From Flavobacteriaceae bacterium (lineage in GTDB: Bacteria > Bacteroidota > Bacteroidia > Flavobacteriales > Flavobacteriaceae): a stretch of DNA of 64,000 bases. Where the stretch lies: NCBI GenBank assembly GCA_023558315.1, contig JAMJVX010000001.1, positions 1,063 through 65,062 on the forward strand, in the 5' to 3' direction. Both the position numbers and the translations under genes were made by a program. Positions within the stretch are counted from its first letter, which is position 1; each line of letters opens with the position of its first letter. Below, piece after piece: positions 1-9,467 of the stretch. The notes below the pieces were generated by a model. It saw only the letters and a list, made by a program, of their open reading frames with translations, ran no database searches and was not told the origin of the DNA.

Positions 1-244
1 TCGTTACAATCAAAGAGTTAATCGTATCTTGATAGGTTTTGTAAATAGGCCAAAAAACGGCTTCTTCCTCTGAGCTCAACCCGCTTTTTTCAACAATAAA
101 AGCCATTTTCATCGCTACTAAACGATAGTGGTATTGCTTTTTGTTTTCATTGTTTTGAGGGGGTCTTGTATTCTCTTGGGAAAAGGTATATCCCATTGTA
201 AATAAGCCAAGTAAAATAAGTAGTAAATAAAATTTATTCTGCAT
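1..244 (-). CDS. secreted protein, C-terminal part cut by the window edge (possible Spy/CpxP-like periplasmic partner of the ECF sigma module)
   Basis: Manual minus-strand translation from the ATG (complement of 242..244) gives MQNKFYLLLILLGLFTMGYTFSQENTRPPQNNENKKQYHYRLVAMKMAFIVEKSGLSSEEEAVFWPIYKTYQDTINSLIVT. The frame stays open to position 1. The N-terminus looks like a signal peptide. It overlaps the upstream ORF by 11 nt. It is absent from the ORF track because it is truncated. Confidence 0.45.
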   Translation of the reverse strand, partial: MQNKFYLLLILLGLFTMGYTFSQENTRPPQNNENKKQYHYRLVAMKMAFIVEKSGLSSEEEAVFWPIYKTYQDTINSLIVT

Positions 245-698
245 AGTCAAAATAGTTTGTGTTATAATTTAGTGTTTGTGTTTCGTAGTAGTCTAATAAC
301 GCATAGGAATCCATTGTATCTAAAGACAAATTATCTTCAAAAGAAATCGCTTCGTCATTGATTAAATAAAATGTTTCTAACGTTTCTGAGTCGTACAATT
401 GCGTATTCAAATACGTTTCCGTAATCGGCATTTCTTGCCACTCTTTTTTTTCCATAATATCGTTAAATAGGACAAATAATAAGGTGAAAGACGCGGCTAT
501 TCGCATCGCTCTATTCAAATAAATTACACGACGTGTATTCCGTATTCTCTGGAAAATTATTTTTTCTATTTCTTCAAAGTATCGTATAGGCGTTATAAAA
601 CGTAAGTCCTTTTCTTTCTTTCTTTCCTTACTGAGAAAAGAAGTTTCAAAGTCTTCGAAATAATTAGACGGTATTTTAAAAGGAGTTTTCTTTGACAT
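234..698 (-). CDS. hypothetical single-pass membrane protein, putative anti-sigma factor
   Basis: 154 aa ORF that overlaps the 3' end of the ECF sigma gene by 23 nt. It has one hydrophobic helix (IAASFTLLFVLF) between a basic N-terminal part and an acidic C-terminal part. The anti-sigma call rests on position only. Confidence 0.4.
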   Translation of the reverse strand: MSKKTPFKIPSNYFEDFETSFLSKERKKEKDLRFITPIRYFEEIEKIIFQRIRNTRRVIYLNRAMRIAASFTLLFVLFNDIMEKKEWQEMPITETYLNTQLYDSETLETFYLINDEAISFEDNLSLDTMDSYALLDYYETQTLNYNTNYFDYAE

Positions 699-1230
699 AA
701 TCTTTAACTTTATTTACTGCGTGGTGATAAGATGCCTTTAAGCTGCCGACAGTCACATCCAAAATATCGGATATTTCCTCGTATTTCATCTCATCAAAAT
801 ATTTCATATTAAATACTAATCTTTGTTTTTTAGGTAATTTAGAAAGTGCCTTTTGAAACTCTATAGAAAAAGCATCTCCATCAAAATAACTGTCTGCTTG
901 TAGCTTGTTGACTTCTATCTCATTGTATTCCGCATCGTTTATTCTCATTTTTCTTTTTCTTTTTTCTATAAATTGTAAGGCTTCATTCGTCGCTATTCTA
1001 TATAACCAAGTATATATCTTACTGTCTTGTCTAAATTTTGCAATGTTCTCATGTACTTTTATAAATGTATTTTGAAGTACGTCGTCCGCATCATCGTGAT
1101 TATATACTATCTTTCTAATATGCCAATATAAAGGTTGTTTATACTCTTTTAGCAAATTCTTAAAAAATAGATTTCTATTTTTCGGCAACTTCAAAGACGC
1201 GATAACTTCCTTATTTATTTCCAATTTCAA
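676..1230 (-). CDS. RNA polymerase ECF-type sigma-70 factor
   Basis: Region 2-like DDADDVLQNTFIKVHENIAKF...YTWLYRIATNEAL and region 4 HTH-like KQRLVFNMKYFDEMKYEEISDILDVTVGSLKASYHHA. The ORF begins with TTG. Confidence 0.8.
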   Translation of the reverse strand: MKLEINKEVIASLKLPKNRNLFFKNLLKEYKQPLYWHIRKIVYNHDDADDVLQNTFIKVHENIAKFRQDSKIYTWLYRIATNEALQFIEKRKRKMRINDAEYNEIEVNKLQADSYFDGDAFSIEFQKALSKLPKKQRLVFNMKYFDEMKYEEISDILDVTVGSLKASYHHAVNKVKDYVKENSF

Positions 1231-1305
1231 GCGCTTGTAGGGTTTAGATACTAAAAGAAAAAAAAAGTTTAATGTGGATAGGTTTGAAAAGTAATAGAAT
1301 GAAAT

Positions 1306-2835
1306 TTATTCTTCAAATTTTATTTTTACAAAAAGTTGTTTTTTTAAGTTTGTAGGTTTATGAGCAAATAACAGTAATTCCCCTTGACTTATTATTGAAC
1401 TTAATTTAGGTCTTATCCTAAAATTATTTATTCCTGATGAATTTATAACGATATCTTTCTTAATATCACCATTTTTATAAAGTTTAACAGCCAATATAGA
1501 TTCATAAGGTTTCTGACCGATAGCAAAAGTAGAATATAAATTATTATCTCTTTCATTTAAATTATTATAATTTCCAGTATAAATAAATGTATAACTATCA
1601 GTAAGTGTAGAAAGTGTATAACTAGTATGTATTCTTGAATTTCTGTCAGAATTGTTTTTCTTTATCATTCTAGACCATAATTGATTCCCTTCATCATCTA
1701 ATAAAAAAGCAACTATATTTCCACAATTAATATTTTCAATATAATTATTATTTATCATTATACTAGTAGTAAACCTTTGTTCAGCATAAATTAAATATGT
1801 ATTATCGACATTTGTATAAACCCCGTCCATAATATAATTTGATAATTCTCTATTTCTTTCTATCGTATTTTTTTTAATGAATTTATTATTTTTAAGATTA
1901 TAATGTTTTTGTAATAACTCTTTACTATTAGGTGAAAATTTCAGAGTAGTTTTTGTATAATTCTCTCTATTAACTTTGTAAAAATAAGTGCCATGAAAAT
2001 TATACTTGTCAATATTAGAATAAAATCCGATAACCTTTATTGATTCTTTATTTACTTCTAATCTTCCGCTGTTAAGCCATTTGTTATTATTAGGAACTTC
2101 CCCAATAAATTCAGAGTTATTTTCTTTTAATAAAAATAGTCCATACTGTGAATTATTACTATTTCTTAATTCAGTATAGTTTTCAGTTAAAACAATCATC
2201 TCCTTATCATTTAGAAGTAGTCCTTCTTCAATAGAAAAACTGTTCTTATCATTAGGAAAATGATATACATTTTTTTTAATTTGATTAAATTCTTTATCAA
2301 GCACAATAAGTTCATAACTTACTCCTGATTGAGATATATTAGGAACGTTATAAAAAAAACCAAAAAAATTATTATCTAATGATTTTATAACTGACTCATA
2401 TGAATTGTTGAAATTTCCTCTGCCAAATGCTTGGCGTGCTATTTCTTTTTCTGAAGAAGTACTGAGATTATCAATATCTATTACTTTACAATAATAAATT
2501 CTTAAATCATTACTCGATTTAACAGTGATATTGTATAGTTTATTATCTACTTGAATGACATCTAATGAATGTTCCTTTACATTACCCTTGTTCCTTGTTA
2601 AAGGAATTCTTTGTGGAGTAGGAATAAAGTTATTATTATATTTAACAAGATATGAATCCTTACCATCATAATAAACAAAATAATGTCCTTTATCATTACT
2701 TCCGACATATTGTTCTGGTATTTCTCTTTTGGCTGTTTTAAATTCGTCGTATACTTTTACTGAATAATCTTTTTTTACTTGAGCTTGACTTATTTGTACA
2801 AAAAGAATAACTAAAATGGAGATATATTTGGTCAT
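1306..2835 (-). CDS. hypothetical secreted protein (Asn/Tyr-rich, 509 aa)
   Basis: Long ORF with an N-terminal signal peptide MTKYISILVILFVQISQAQ. I recognise no family. Confidence 0.55.
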   Translation of the reverse strand: MTKYISILVILFVQISQAQVKKDYSVKVYDEFKTAKREIPEQYVGSNDKGHYFVYYDGKDSYLVKYNNNFIPTPQRIPLTRNKGNVKEHSLDVIQVDNKLYNITVKSSNDLRIYYCKVIDIDNLSTSSEKEIARQAFGRGNFNNSYESVIKSLDNNFFGFFYNVPNISQSGVSYELIVLDKEFNQIKKNVYHFPNDKNSFSIEEGLLLNDKEMIVLTENYTELRNSNNSQYGLFLLKENNSEFIGEVPNNNKWLNSGRLEVNKESIKVIGFYSNIDKYNFHGTYFYKVNRENYTKTTLKFSPNSKELLQKHYNLKNNKFIKKNTIERNRELSNYIMDGVYTNVDNTYLIYAEQRFTTSIMINNNYIENINCGNIVAFLLDDEGNQLWSRMIKKNNSDRNSRIHTSYTLSTLTDSYTFIYTGNYNNLNERDNNLYSTFAIGQKPYESILAVKLYKNGDIKKDIVINSSGINNFRIRPKLSSIISQGELLLFAHKPTNLKKQLFVKIKFEE

Positions 2836-2849
2836 AATTATATTTTTTT

Positions 2850-2857
2850 CAAATATA
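2850..2857 (-). promoter_or_regulatory. Bacteroidota sigma-A -7 box (TATATTTG on the minus strand)
   Basis: Exact TAnnTTTG match 15 nt upstream of the ATG at 2835. Confidence 0.4.
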
Positions 2858-2876
2858 GAGTATTTAATCTAAAATA

Positions 2877-4154
2877 TCACATAGCCCTCTCCAATGCCTC
2901 AACCGTCTTAACAATATCTTTTTCGCTGATACTGTCATTGAGGAAATAACTTTCAAAGGCACTGGGCGGTAGATAAATCCCTTGCGCTAACATTTTATGG
3001 AAATAGGTATTAAAAAAAGTATTATCCGATGCTAAAGCATCTTGAAAATTACGGATAGGTTTGTCTGAAAAGTGCAAAGATATCATAGAACCCAGCTGAT
3101 TTATTTGGTATTTTATTTTTTTCTGCGCTAAAACACTTTTCATTCCGTCATATAACTTTTTTGTTTTGTTATTTAGACGCGTATAAATATCAGTATCTTC
3201 TTTTAGAAGCGTCATTGTTTTCAGCGTGGCTGCCATAGCTACGGGATTTCCACTAAGCGTACCTGCCTGATACACTTTTCCCTCAGGAGCAAGATGACTC
3301 ATTATATCATTCGTGCTAGCAAAAGCACCTACTGGCAAGCCCCCACCAATTATTTTTCCATAAGTGACTATATCTGCCTTTACGTTGAAATATTCCTGTG
3401 CGCCTCCTAAAGCAATTCTAAATCCTGTCATTACTTCATCAAATATTAGCAACGAACCAAAATCATCACATAATGTGCGCAACTCTTGTAAAAATCCTTT
3501 TTGTGGGGGAATACAACCCATATTCCCTGCTACAGGTTCAAGAATAATTCCAGCAATTTCTTTTTTGTATTTTTCAAAAAGCGCCCTTACGCTATCTATA
3601 TCATTGTAGTCCGCTAATAATGTATCTTTTGCCGTGTCTTGAGTAACCCCTGGACTATTAGGAACTCCAAAAGTCGCTGCACCACTTCCAGATTGAATTA
3701 AAAAAGCATCTGCATGTCCGTGATAACATCCTCTAAATTTAACGATTTTGCTTCTGCCAGTCACGCCTCTCGCCAAGCGAATCGCACTCATACATGCCTC
3801 AGTACCAGAGTTTACAAATCGTACTTTTTCAATATTTGGCACATTAGAAACAAGCTGTGCCGCTGCTTTTATTTCTATTTCTGTTGGCGCACCAAAGGAA
3901 GTGCCTTTTTTGACTTTCTGAATAATTTCTTTGAGAATTGGCTTATAAGAATGCCCAAATATTAAAGCACCCCAACTGGATATGTAGTCAATATATTTGT
4001 TATTATCTTCATCATATAAGTACGCTCCCTTTGCTTTTTTTATAAAAATAGGCGTACCTCCAACGGCATTAAAAGCCCTTACGGGAGAATTTACGCCCCC
4101 TACAAGTACTTTTTTTGCTTCTTTAAATAATTCGCTACTACGTGTATAATACAT
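2877..4154 (-). CDS. hemL: glutamate-1-semialdehyde 2,1-aminomutase
   Basis: N-terminus [22 protein letters not shown], then [26 protein letters not shown]. The 425 aa class-III aminotransferase layout is typical of HemL. Confidence 0.9.
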   Translation of the reverse strand: MYYTRSSELFKEAKKVLVGGVNSPVRAFNAVGGTPIFIKKAKGAYLYDEDNNKYIDYISSWGALIFGHSYKPILKEIIQKVKKGTSFGAPTEIEIKAAAQLVSNVPNIEKVRFVNSGTEACMSAIRLARGVTGRSKIVKFRGCYHGHADAFLIQSGSGAATFGVPNSPGVTQDTAKDTLLADYNDIDSVRALFEKYKKEIAGIILEPVAGNMGCIPPQKGFLQELRTLCDDFGSLLIFDEVMTGFRIALGGAQEYFNVKADIVTYGKIIGGGLPVGAFASTNDIMSHLAPEGKVYQAGTLSGNPVAMAATLKTMTLLKEDTDIYTRLNNKTKKLYDGMKSVLAQKKIKYQINQLGSMISLHFSDKPIRNFQDALASDNTFFNTYFHKMLAQGIYLPPSAFESYFLNDSISEKDIVKTVEALERAM

Positions 4155-4163
4155 ATCTCAAAT

Positions 4164-5192
4164 TTAGGGTTTTACAAGCAGGGTTTGACCGACTTTAATA
4201 TTGTTATTTGTTAGATTATTAAGTTTTTTTAGTTCTGCAACATCTATATTATACTTCCTAGAAATAGAAAAGAGCGTATCCCCTATCTGAACTACATGCG
4301 TGCCCTCTGCTGATGGTTTTTTAGATGTATAAATTATAGGAGATGGCGGTTCATTTGGCGTTTTCTCTATTTTTTTATTGCCATCGTATTTGTATAATTC
4401 ATATCGTTCAATAAGGTCTATCAATCGTACTGCATAGGTTGGGTCCGTTGCGTATCCTGCTTTTTTTAAGCCATGTGCCCATTTTCTATAATTATGATTT
4501 TTAATCTTAAATAAAAAAGCATATCTGCCAGGGTTATTATGAAGAAAAAGGGAATGGTCTCTATAAGAAGAATTTGCATTTTTATACTTTCTAAAACACT
4601 CGTTTTTTTCGTCATCATCGTGGTAAATTCTTGGTCCTTTCCAACTATGACATTTTATTCCAAAATGATTATTGCCTTTAGTAGATAAAGTACTCGTGCC
4701 TCTAGCTGATTCTAAAATGCCTTGCGCTAAAGTAATACTAGCTGGAATGCCATAATCTCTCATCTCTTTTATCGCAGTATTTTTAAATTTCTTTATATAT
4801 GCAAAGGTCTCATCATTTGGATTGTTGTTTGTTCCTTTCTTATTTATTGACTTCGAAGAATTAGATTTTCTTTGAGTAATCTTCTTCCTATTATTTTTCT
4901 TTTTATTCTTTTTACTGGAATCGCCTCTAGCATTTTTTCTCTTATACGCTGGTCTTTTATCACTTACGGAAACAGGAGTATTTACAAATCTAATTTTTTT
5001 ACTCCTTGGGATTTTACTTCTTGAATTTTCTCTTTGCGCTCTTTTTTCTTGTTCTCTAGCTAGCTTTTCCTCTTGAGAAGTATATTGAGTTGTATCTTTT
5101 TTAACTAGCACTCTAGGATAAATCCCACAATGTGAAAATATTCCTATAAAACCTAATAATAGTAGTTTGATTAATAGTTTATTGTAGCGCAC
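4164..5192 (-). CDS. lipoprotein with glucosaminidase (mannosyl-glycoprotein endo-beta-N-acetylglucosaminidase) domain and C-terminal LysM
   Basis: Lipobox-like FSHC, a Lys/Asn/Ser-rich linker, a FlgJ-type motif ITLAQGILESARGTSTLSTKGNNHFGIK, and a C-terminal LysM HVVQIGDTLFSISRKYNIDVAELKKLNNL...VGQTLLV. Confidence 0.75.
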   Translation of the reverse strand: MRYNKLLIKLLLLGFIGIFSHCGIYPRVLVKKDTTQYTSQEEKLAREQEKRAQRENSRSKIPRSKKIRFVNTPVSVSDKRPAYKRKNARGDSSKKNKKKNNRKKITQRKSNSSKSINKKGTNNNPNDETFAYIKKFKNTAIKEMRDYGIPASITLAQGILESARGTSTLSTKGNNHFGIKCHSWKGPRIYHDDDEKNECFRKYKNANSSYRDHSLFLHNNPGRYAFLFKIKNHNYRKWAHGLKKAGYATDPTYAVRLIDLIERYELYKYDGNKKIEKTPNEPPSPIIYTSKKPSAEGTHVVQIGDTLFSISRKYNIDVAELKKLNNLTNNNIKVGQTLLVKP

Positions 5193-6091
5193 TTTTTACT
5201 TCTATTTCTTTGATTTATCCCTTCTATTCCTTGCAATCCTCCAGAGTGAATTACCAAAATATTAGTTCCAAAATTCCCCCTGTTTTTTTTCAAAAGGTCA
5301 AAAATACCAAAAAACATTTTTCCAGTATATATTGGGTCTAACTTAATTTGATATTTTTGATAAAAATCATTGATGAAATTAATGAGTTCATTATTTGTTT
5401 TGGCATATCCTCCAAAAGTATAGTCATGATTTATTTCAACTAATTCTTGTTTAGTCCAATACTTTATATCTGCCTCTACCTCTTTATTTTTTAATGCATT
5501 AAACCCTATTGCATTTTGATGTGAATGTTTTCCTAAAATCAAACCTGAAAAAGTACCTCCCGTACCCACAGAACAACAAATAGTGTCGTATTCTTTCTCT
5601 TTATTTGTAATTATTTCCTTACACCCTTTAATTGCTAACTCATTCGTGCCACCCTCTGGCAATAAATACGCATTATTAAATAAGTTGCAAATTTTCTTTT
5701 TAAAATCTTCCGTATGCTTTTGTCTATACTCCTTTCTTGAAACGAAATGTAATTGCATACGTTGCTCAATACAAAAACGAAGTGTCGCACTTTTCTCAAT
5801 CTTGTTTTTCCATTCTTCCCCTCTAACAACTCCAATAGTTTTGAAGTTAAAATGATTTCCTGCCCATGCTAATGCCGACAAATGATTTGAGAAAGCACCT
5901 CCAAATGAAAGAATATTTTCATATCCTTTTTCTTTTGCAAAGAGCAAATTGTATTTTAGTTTTCTGTACTTATTCCCTGAAACAATGGGGTGCAGTTTGT
6001 CTTCTCTTTTTATGCTAATCCTTACGCCCTTTATTGTAGTTAAAAACTGATTTTCTGAAAATATTTCTTTTTCAAAAAGCATCGTGCGCAT
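5171..6091 (-). CDS. PLP-dependent 1-aminocyclopropane-1-carboxylate deaminase / D-cysteine desulfhydrase family protein
   Basis: IKREDKLHPIVSGNKYRKLKYNL...FGGAFSNHLSALAWAG, which matches the Trp-synthase-beta-like fold-type II pattern of this family. Confidence 0.75.
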   Translation of the reverse strand: MRTMLFEKEIFSENQFLTTIKGVRISIKREDKLHPIVSGNKYRKLKYNLLFAKEKGYENILSFGGAFSNHLSALAWAGNHFNFKTIGVVRGEEWKNKIEKSATLRFCIEQRMQLHFVSRKEYRQKHTEDFKKKICNLFNNAYLLPEGGTNELAIKGCKEIITNKEKEYDTICCSVGTGGTFSGLILGKHSHQNAIGFNALKNKEVEADIKYWTKQELVEINHDYTFGGYAKTNNELINFINDFYQKYQIKLDPIYTGKMFFGIFDLLKKNRGNFGTNILVIHSGGLQGIEGINQRNRSKKCATINY

Positions 6092-8501
6092 CGCTACAAC
6101 TTAAAGCTCCTATAGGAGAGCCGTCTGGAATTTTAGGAACTGGGGCAAATTTAATATCTTTCGGGTTCTTGAAATAAGCATTGATTTTACGTATATATTC
6201 TTGAGTAAAATAGCTCTGTTTCTTTTGTTTTGAAAGACGCTTCTGCAATTCTTTTAACTTTCCATTCACAATAGCGTTTACTTGAGGATAAGCCCTTTTG
6301 GACATTCCTAATCTTTGTAAATATTTCAATACATTAGCGCACACAATCTCATTGAGCATACTATCGTAATTACTTGAGTATTGCTTATAAAACGTATTTG
6401 AAAATAAGACATCTATCGTATTTTCTAAAGAAAGCATTGTTGGATTTAAGGTGTTTTGTTGTACTAATCTTGAGGCTCTTTCTGAATTAAATAACAAGCC
6501 TATGATTTTATCGCTCAACGTATTTGCAACGCTTAATACATCAAAAGAAACTCCTGTTCGCGAGGCAAAACTCTCACGATTTCTTCCATATCCAAAAGCG
6601 CGTGGAGGAAGTAATTTTTGAATGTTTTGTGGAATGGCTAAATGTTGAGGAGATAAAGAAGTTACCAATGAATTCAATGCCTTTTTTTGATTCAAATCAC
6701 TTATGGGAGTTGTAATCAATTGCCCATCATTTTTCACTGCATAATTATAATTAAGGCCTCCTATCCATTTTGCAACTGCTTCAATTTGATAACGATGTAA
6801 AAAATATTGCGGTACAAATCTATCCTCTAAAAGCGTATAGGGCTCATTTGATTTTAATTGGTCTTTGTCAAATGTTTTGAAAACTAATTTTCTTACTTCT
6901 AACAAATGTGTTAGCTCATCTACTGGGTTTTGACCGTTGTCCCATAAATGAGCAAAAGGGTGTCCTCCACCTTGTGGGCGTGCATCTGCATCTGTAATAT
7001 ATTGTATTCCTTTTTCTTGCGCATTTTTCAAAATAGCGTTGAGTTTATCTGTTTCATTTTTACTGTCCGCAAAATCACTATAAGTATACGCTACACTTAC
7101 CTTATCCCATTCTCCAATGCCTACTGCATAGGCATCAGAATAATCTACTTTTCCCTCTTTTATCTTTAAAAGCGGATGTGGATAGTCCATTACAGATGCT
7201 CTATTGCTTGCACTTGCTGCAAAATTATGCGCAAACCCAAGCGTATGACCTATTTCATGTGCTGACAATTGGCGTATTCTCGCTAACGCTAAGTCCAACA
7301 TTTCTTGGTCATTGTCATCTCTCTCTGCATAGGGTTTATCAGTAAGTCCTTGCGCTATCATAAAATCTTGACGAATCCTAAGACTTCCCAAACTCACATG
7401 TCCTTTTAAAATTTCTCCTGTTCGTGGGTCAACCACACTAGCGCCATAACTCCATCCACGCGTAGAACGATGCACCCATTGAATTACATTATAACGAATA
7501 TCTAAAGGGTCTGCGTCATCAGGCAATATTTTAATTTGAAAAGCATCTTTATATCCAATACTTTCAAAGGCTTGATTCCACCATTTTCCCCCTTCTAAAA
7601 GCGCAGAACGCACAGGCTCAGGTGTCCCATTGTCTAAATAATAAACGATAGGCTCTATGGCTTCACTTACTTCTGCTTTGGGGTCTTTTTTCTCTAGACG
7701 ATGTCTAATGATAAAACGCTGTAATGTAGGTTTCTCTACTGGGGTCGCATAGTCATAAAAAGTAAATGGGATTGCCCCACTTCTAGGGTCAAATTTTCGC
7801 ATCTTAAAGTTTTTTTCAGGTAATGCGATAAAAGAATGGTGTAAATGTAATGTTATGGACTGAGGCGTAGGAACCACATTTCTCAGACCGCTTCCCTTAG
7901 GAGTCCCCTTAAACGTGACCATCGCATCAAATTCAACATTTTTTGGAAACGCCTTTGTGCGTTCTAAATATATCGCAGAACGCGAAGCATCTACCTTAAA
8001 ATTCCCTTGCTTTGAATATTGTAACCGTTGTCCTACATTATGCGCATCAGACACTAACATTGGAGTAATATCAATGTATATTTTTCCCTCCACTTCTTTC
8101 ACTATTTTAAATGCGTGCAAAATAGATTTTGCAAATGCCTCTTCTACAGATTTCTTTTCTAATTCATTATCTGTTAGGGCCCTAAATTTTAGATTGGGTT
8201 CTATTAATAAAACTCTATCTCCTGCTCTTTTAAAATAGACCACACGTCGCCCCCCTAATTGCCCTCTGTCTAATCCTAAATCATTATTACCCAAGCCATT
8301 GCTCATGCTATTTACGTATAGAAATTCTTTCTCAAATTCCTGCACCTCTAAATAGACTTTGTCTTTTTTTGCGAGGTAATAAAAATCAAAATATCCCTTA
8401 TAAGGGGTTAAGTCTTTAAAAAAATCTGTGGTCGTTTTTTGTGCTAAAACACTATAAGATAGTAATAGTGTTGATATGTATAATAAAAGTTTATGCTTCA
8501 T
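6072..8501 (-). CDS. secreted zinc-dependent metalloprotease (large flavobacterial HEXXH family)
   Basis: Signal peptide MKHKLLLYISTLLLSYSVLAQ and the zinc motif SAHEIGHTLGFAHNF followed by SVMDYP. 809 aa. Confidence 0.75.
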   Translation of the reverse strand: MKHKLLLYISTLLLSYSVLAQKTTTDFFKDLTPYKGYFDFYYLAKKDKVYLEVQEFEKEFLYVNSMSNGLGNNDLGLDRGQLGGRRVVYFKRAGDRVLLIEPNLKFRALTDNELEKKSVEEAFAKSILHAFKIVKEVEGKIYIDITPMLVSDAHNVGQRLQYSKQGNFKVDASRSAIYLERTKAFPKNVEFDAMVTFKGTPKGSGLRNVVPTPQSITLHLHHSFIALPEKNFKMRKFDPRSGAIPFTFYDYATPVEKPTLQRFIIRHRLEKKDPKAEVSEAIEPIVYYLDNGTPEPVRSALLEGGKWWNQAFESIGYKDAFQIKILPDDADPLDIRYNVIQWVHRSTRGWSYGASVVDPRTGEILKGHVSLGSLRIRQDFMIAQGLTDKPYAERDDNDQEMLDLALARIRQLSAHEIGHTLGFAHNFAASASNRASVMDYPHPLLKIKEGKVDYSDAYAVGIGEWDKVSVAYTYSDFADSKNETDKLNAILKNAQEKGIQYITDADARPQGGGHPFAHLWDNGQNPVDELTHLLEVRKLVFKTFDKDQLKSNEPYTLLEDRFVPQYFLHRYQIEAVAKWIGGLNYNYAVKNDGQLITTPISDLNQKKALNSLVTSLSPQHLAIPQNIQKLLPPRAFGYGRNRESFASRTGVSFDVLSVANTLSDKIIGLLFNSERASRLVQQNTLNPTMLSLENTIDVLFSNTFYKQYSSNYDSMLNEIVCANVLKYLQRLGMSKRAYPQVNAIVNGKLKELQKRLSKQKKQSYFTQEYIRKINAYFKNPKDIKFAPVPKIPDGSPIGALSCSDAHDAF

Positions 8502-8518
8502 TTGTATTTTAAAAAAAG

Positions 8519-8526
8519 CAAATATA
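8519..8526 (-). promoter_or_regulatory. -7 box (TATATTTG on the minus strand) for the metalloprotease operon
   Basis: Exact TAnnTTTG match 18 nt upstream of the ATG at 8501. Confidence 0.4.
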
Positions 8527-8599
8527 ATATTTGATTAAAAGAATAAGCTCAATATAGAAACTTTTATAATTTAGTTGATAGGAATAGTAAATATATAGT

Positions 8600-8634
8600 G
8601 TACAGATTTATTTAGTACATAAAATATACGTACA
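8600..8634 (+). repeat. three direct GTACA repeats with exact 15-bp spacing, candidate antitoxin operator
   Basis: GTACA occurs at 8600, 8615 and 8630. The third copy overlaps the -7 box of the toxin-antitoxin operon. Confidence 0.35.
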
Positions 8635-8638
8635 TTTG
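8631..8638 (+). promoter_or_regulatory. -7 box TACATTTG for the toxin-antitoxin operon
   Basis: Exact TAnnTTTG match 13 nt upstream of the ATG at 8652. Confidence 0.45.
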
Positions 8639-8651
8639 TAAAAAATTATTT

Positions 8652-8939
8652 ATGGCAACACAGGAATTAAATATTAAAAAAGCAAGATTTGATGCTCGCC
8701 TTCCAAAAGAACAAAAAGAATTATTTGAAAAAGCGGCACGTTTAGGGGGCTTTAGAAGTTTGACAGATTTTGTTGTAGCTGCTTTACAAGAAAAATCAAA
8801 AGAAATAATTAAAGAAAGAGAGCAAATTATAGCTTCTCAAAAAGATAGTGAATTATTTTTTGATGCGATTTTAAATCCAAAAACACCTAATGAGGAGTTA
8901 ATGAAAGCGGCAAAGGAATATAAAACACTTTTTAGTTAA
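8652..8939 (+). CDS. DUF1778 (TacA-like, ribbon-helix-helix) type II antitoxin
   Basis: ARFDARLPKEQKELFEKAARLGGFRSLTDFVVAALQEKSKEII is the typical DUF1778 core. 95 aa. The stop codon overlaps the next ATG (TAATG). Confidence 0.8.
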   Translation: MATQELNIKKARFDARLPKEQKELFEKAARLGGFRSLTDFVVAALQEKSKEIIKEREQIIASQKDSELFFDAILNPKTPNEELMKAAKEYKTLFS

Positions 8940-9442
8940 TGGGTTTAATTTCAGAACCTTTAAATTCTAAACATAAAAAATCTCATTTTTCATGCGGAAA
9001 AGAATTATTGGATAATTATTTACATAAACAAGCGAATCAAGATATTAAAAGAAAACTTTCGGTTTGCTTTGTAATTAAGGAGAAAAAAACAGATTTGATA
9101 AAAGGATATTACACTTTGTCTAATAATAGTATTCCTTTAGAATTTATTCCCACTGAAATCCAGAAAAAATTACCTAAATCTTATAAATCAATCCCAACGA
9201 CTTTGCTTGGATGGTTAGCTATTGACAAAAATTTTCAAGGACAAGGAATTGGAAAATACCTATTAATAGATGCGCTTAAAAGGAGTTATGAATTATCAAA
9301 AAAAATCGGTTATTTTGCTGTAATTGTTGACCCTTTAGACCAAGACGCTCAAAATTTCTATAGTAAATATGGATTTATAAAATTAGCTGATAGTGGAAAA
9401 ATGTTTTTGCCAATGAAAACTATTAAACAATTATTTGAATAA
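8939..9442 (+). CDS. GNAT-family toxin (TacT-like aminoacyl-tRNA acetyltransferase)
   Basis: N-terminal HFSCGKELLDNYL, acetyl-CoA loop FQGQGIGKYLL, and C-terminal AQNFYSKYGF with the conserved Tyr. It is translationally coupled to the DUF1778 gene. Confidence 0.8.
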   Translation: MGLISEPLNSKHKKSHFSCGKELLDNYLHKQANQDIKRKLSVCFVIKEKKTDLIKGYYTLSNNSIPLEFIPTEIQKKLPKSYKSIPTTLLGWLAIDKNFQGQGIGKYLLIDALKRSYELSKKIGYFAVIVDPLDQDAQNFYSKYGFIKLADSGKMFLPMKTIKQLFE

Positions 9443-9467
9443 AAAAAGTCCTATAAATTTAAAAACT

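Noticed and set aside
3364-3965. Plus-strand ORFs 3364..3609 and 3714..3965 inside hemL. The same kind of antisense ORF occurs inside many other genes, for example 5583..5855, 6524..8238, 12461..12793, 13434..13658, 17253..20438, 22547..22936, 24015..24341, 27225..27809, 29166..29555, 47909..48265, 51519..53756 and 57715..58143.
   Set aside because: Each lies wholly inside a longer ORF on the opposite strand that has clear family motifs. Their translations are low-complexity, Ser/Phe/Leu/Ile-rich shadows, typical of antisense frames in A/T-rich DNA.
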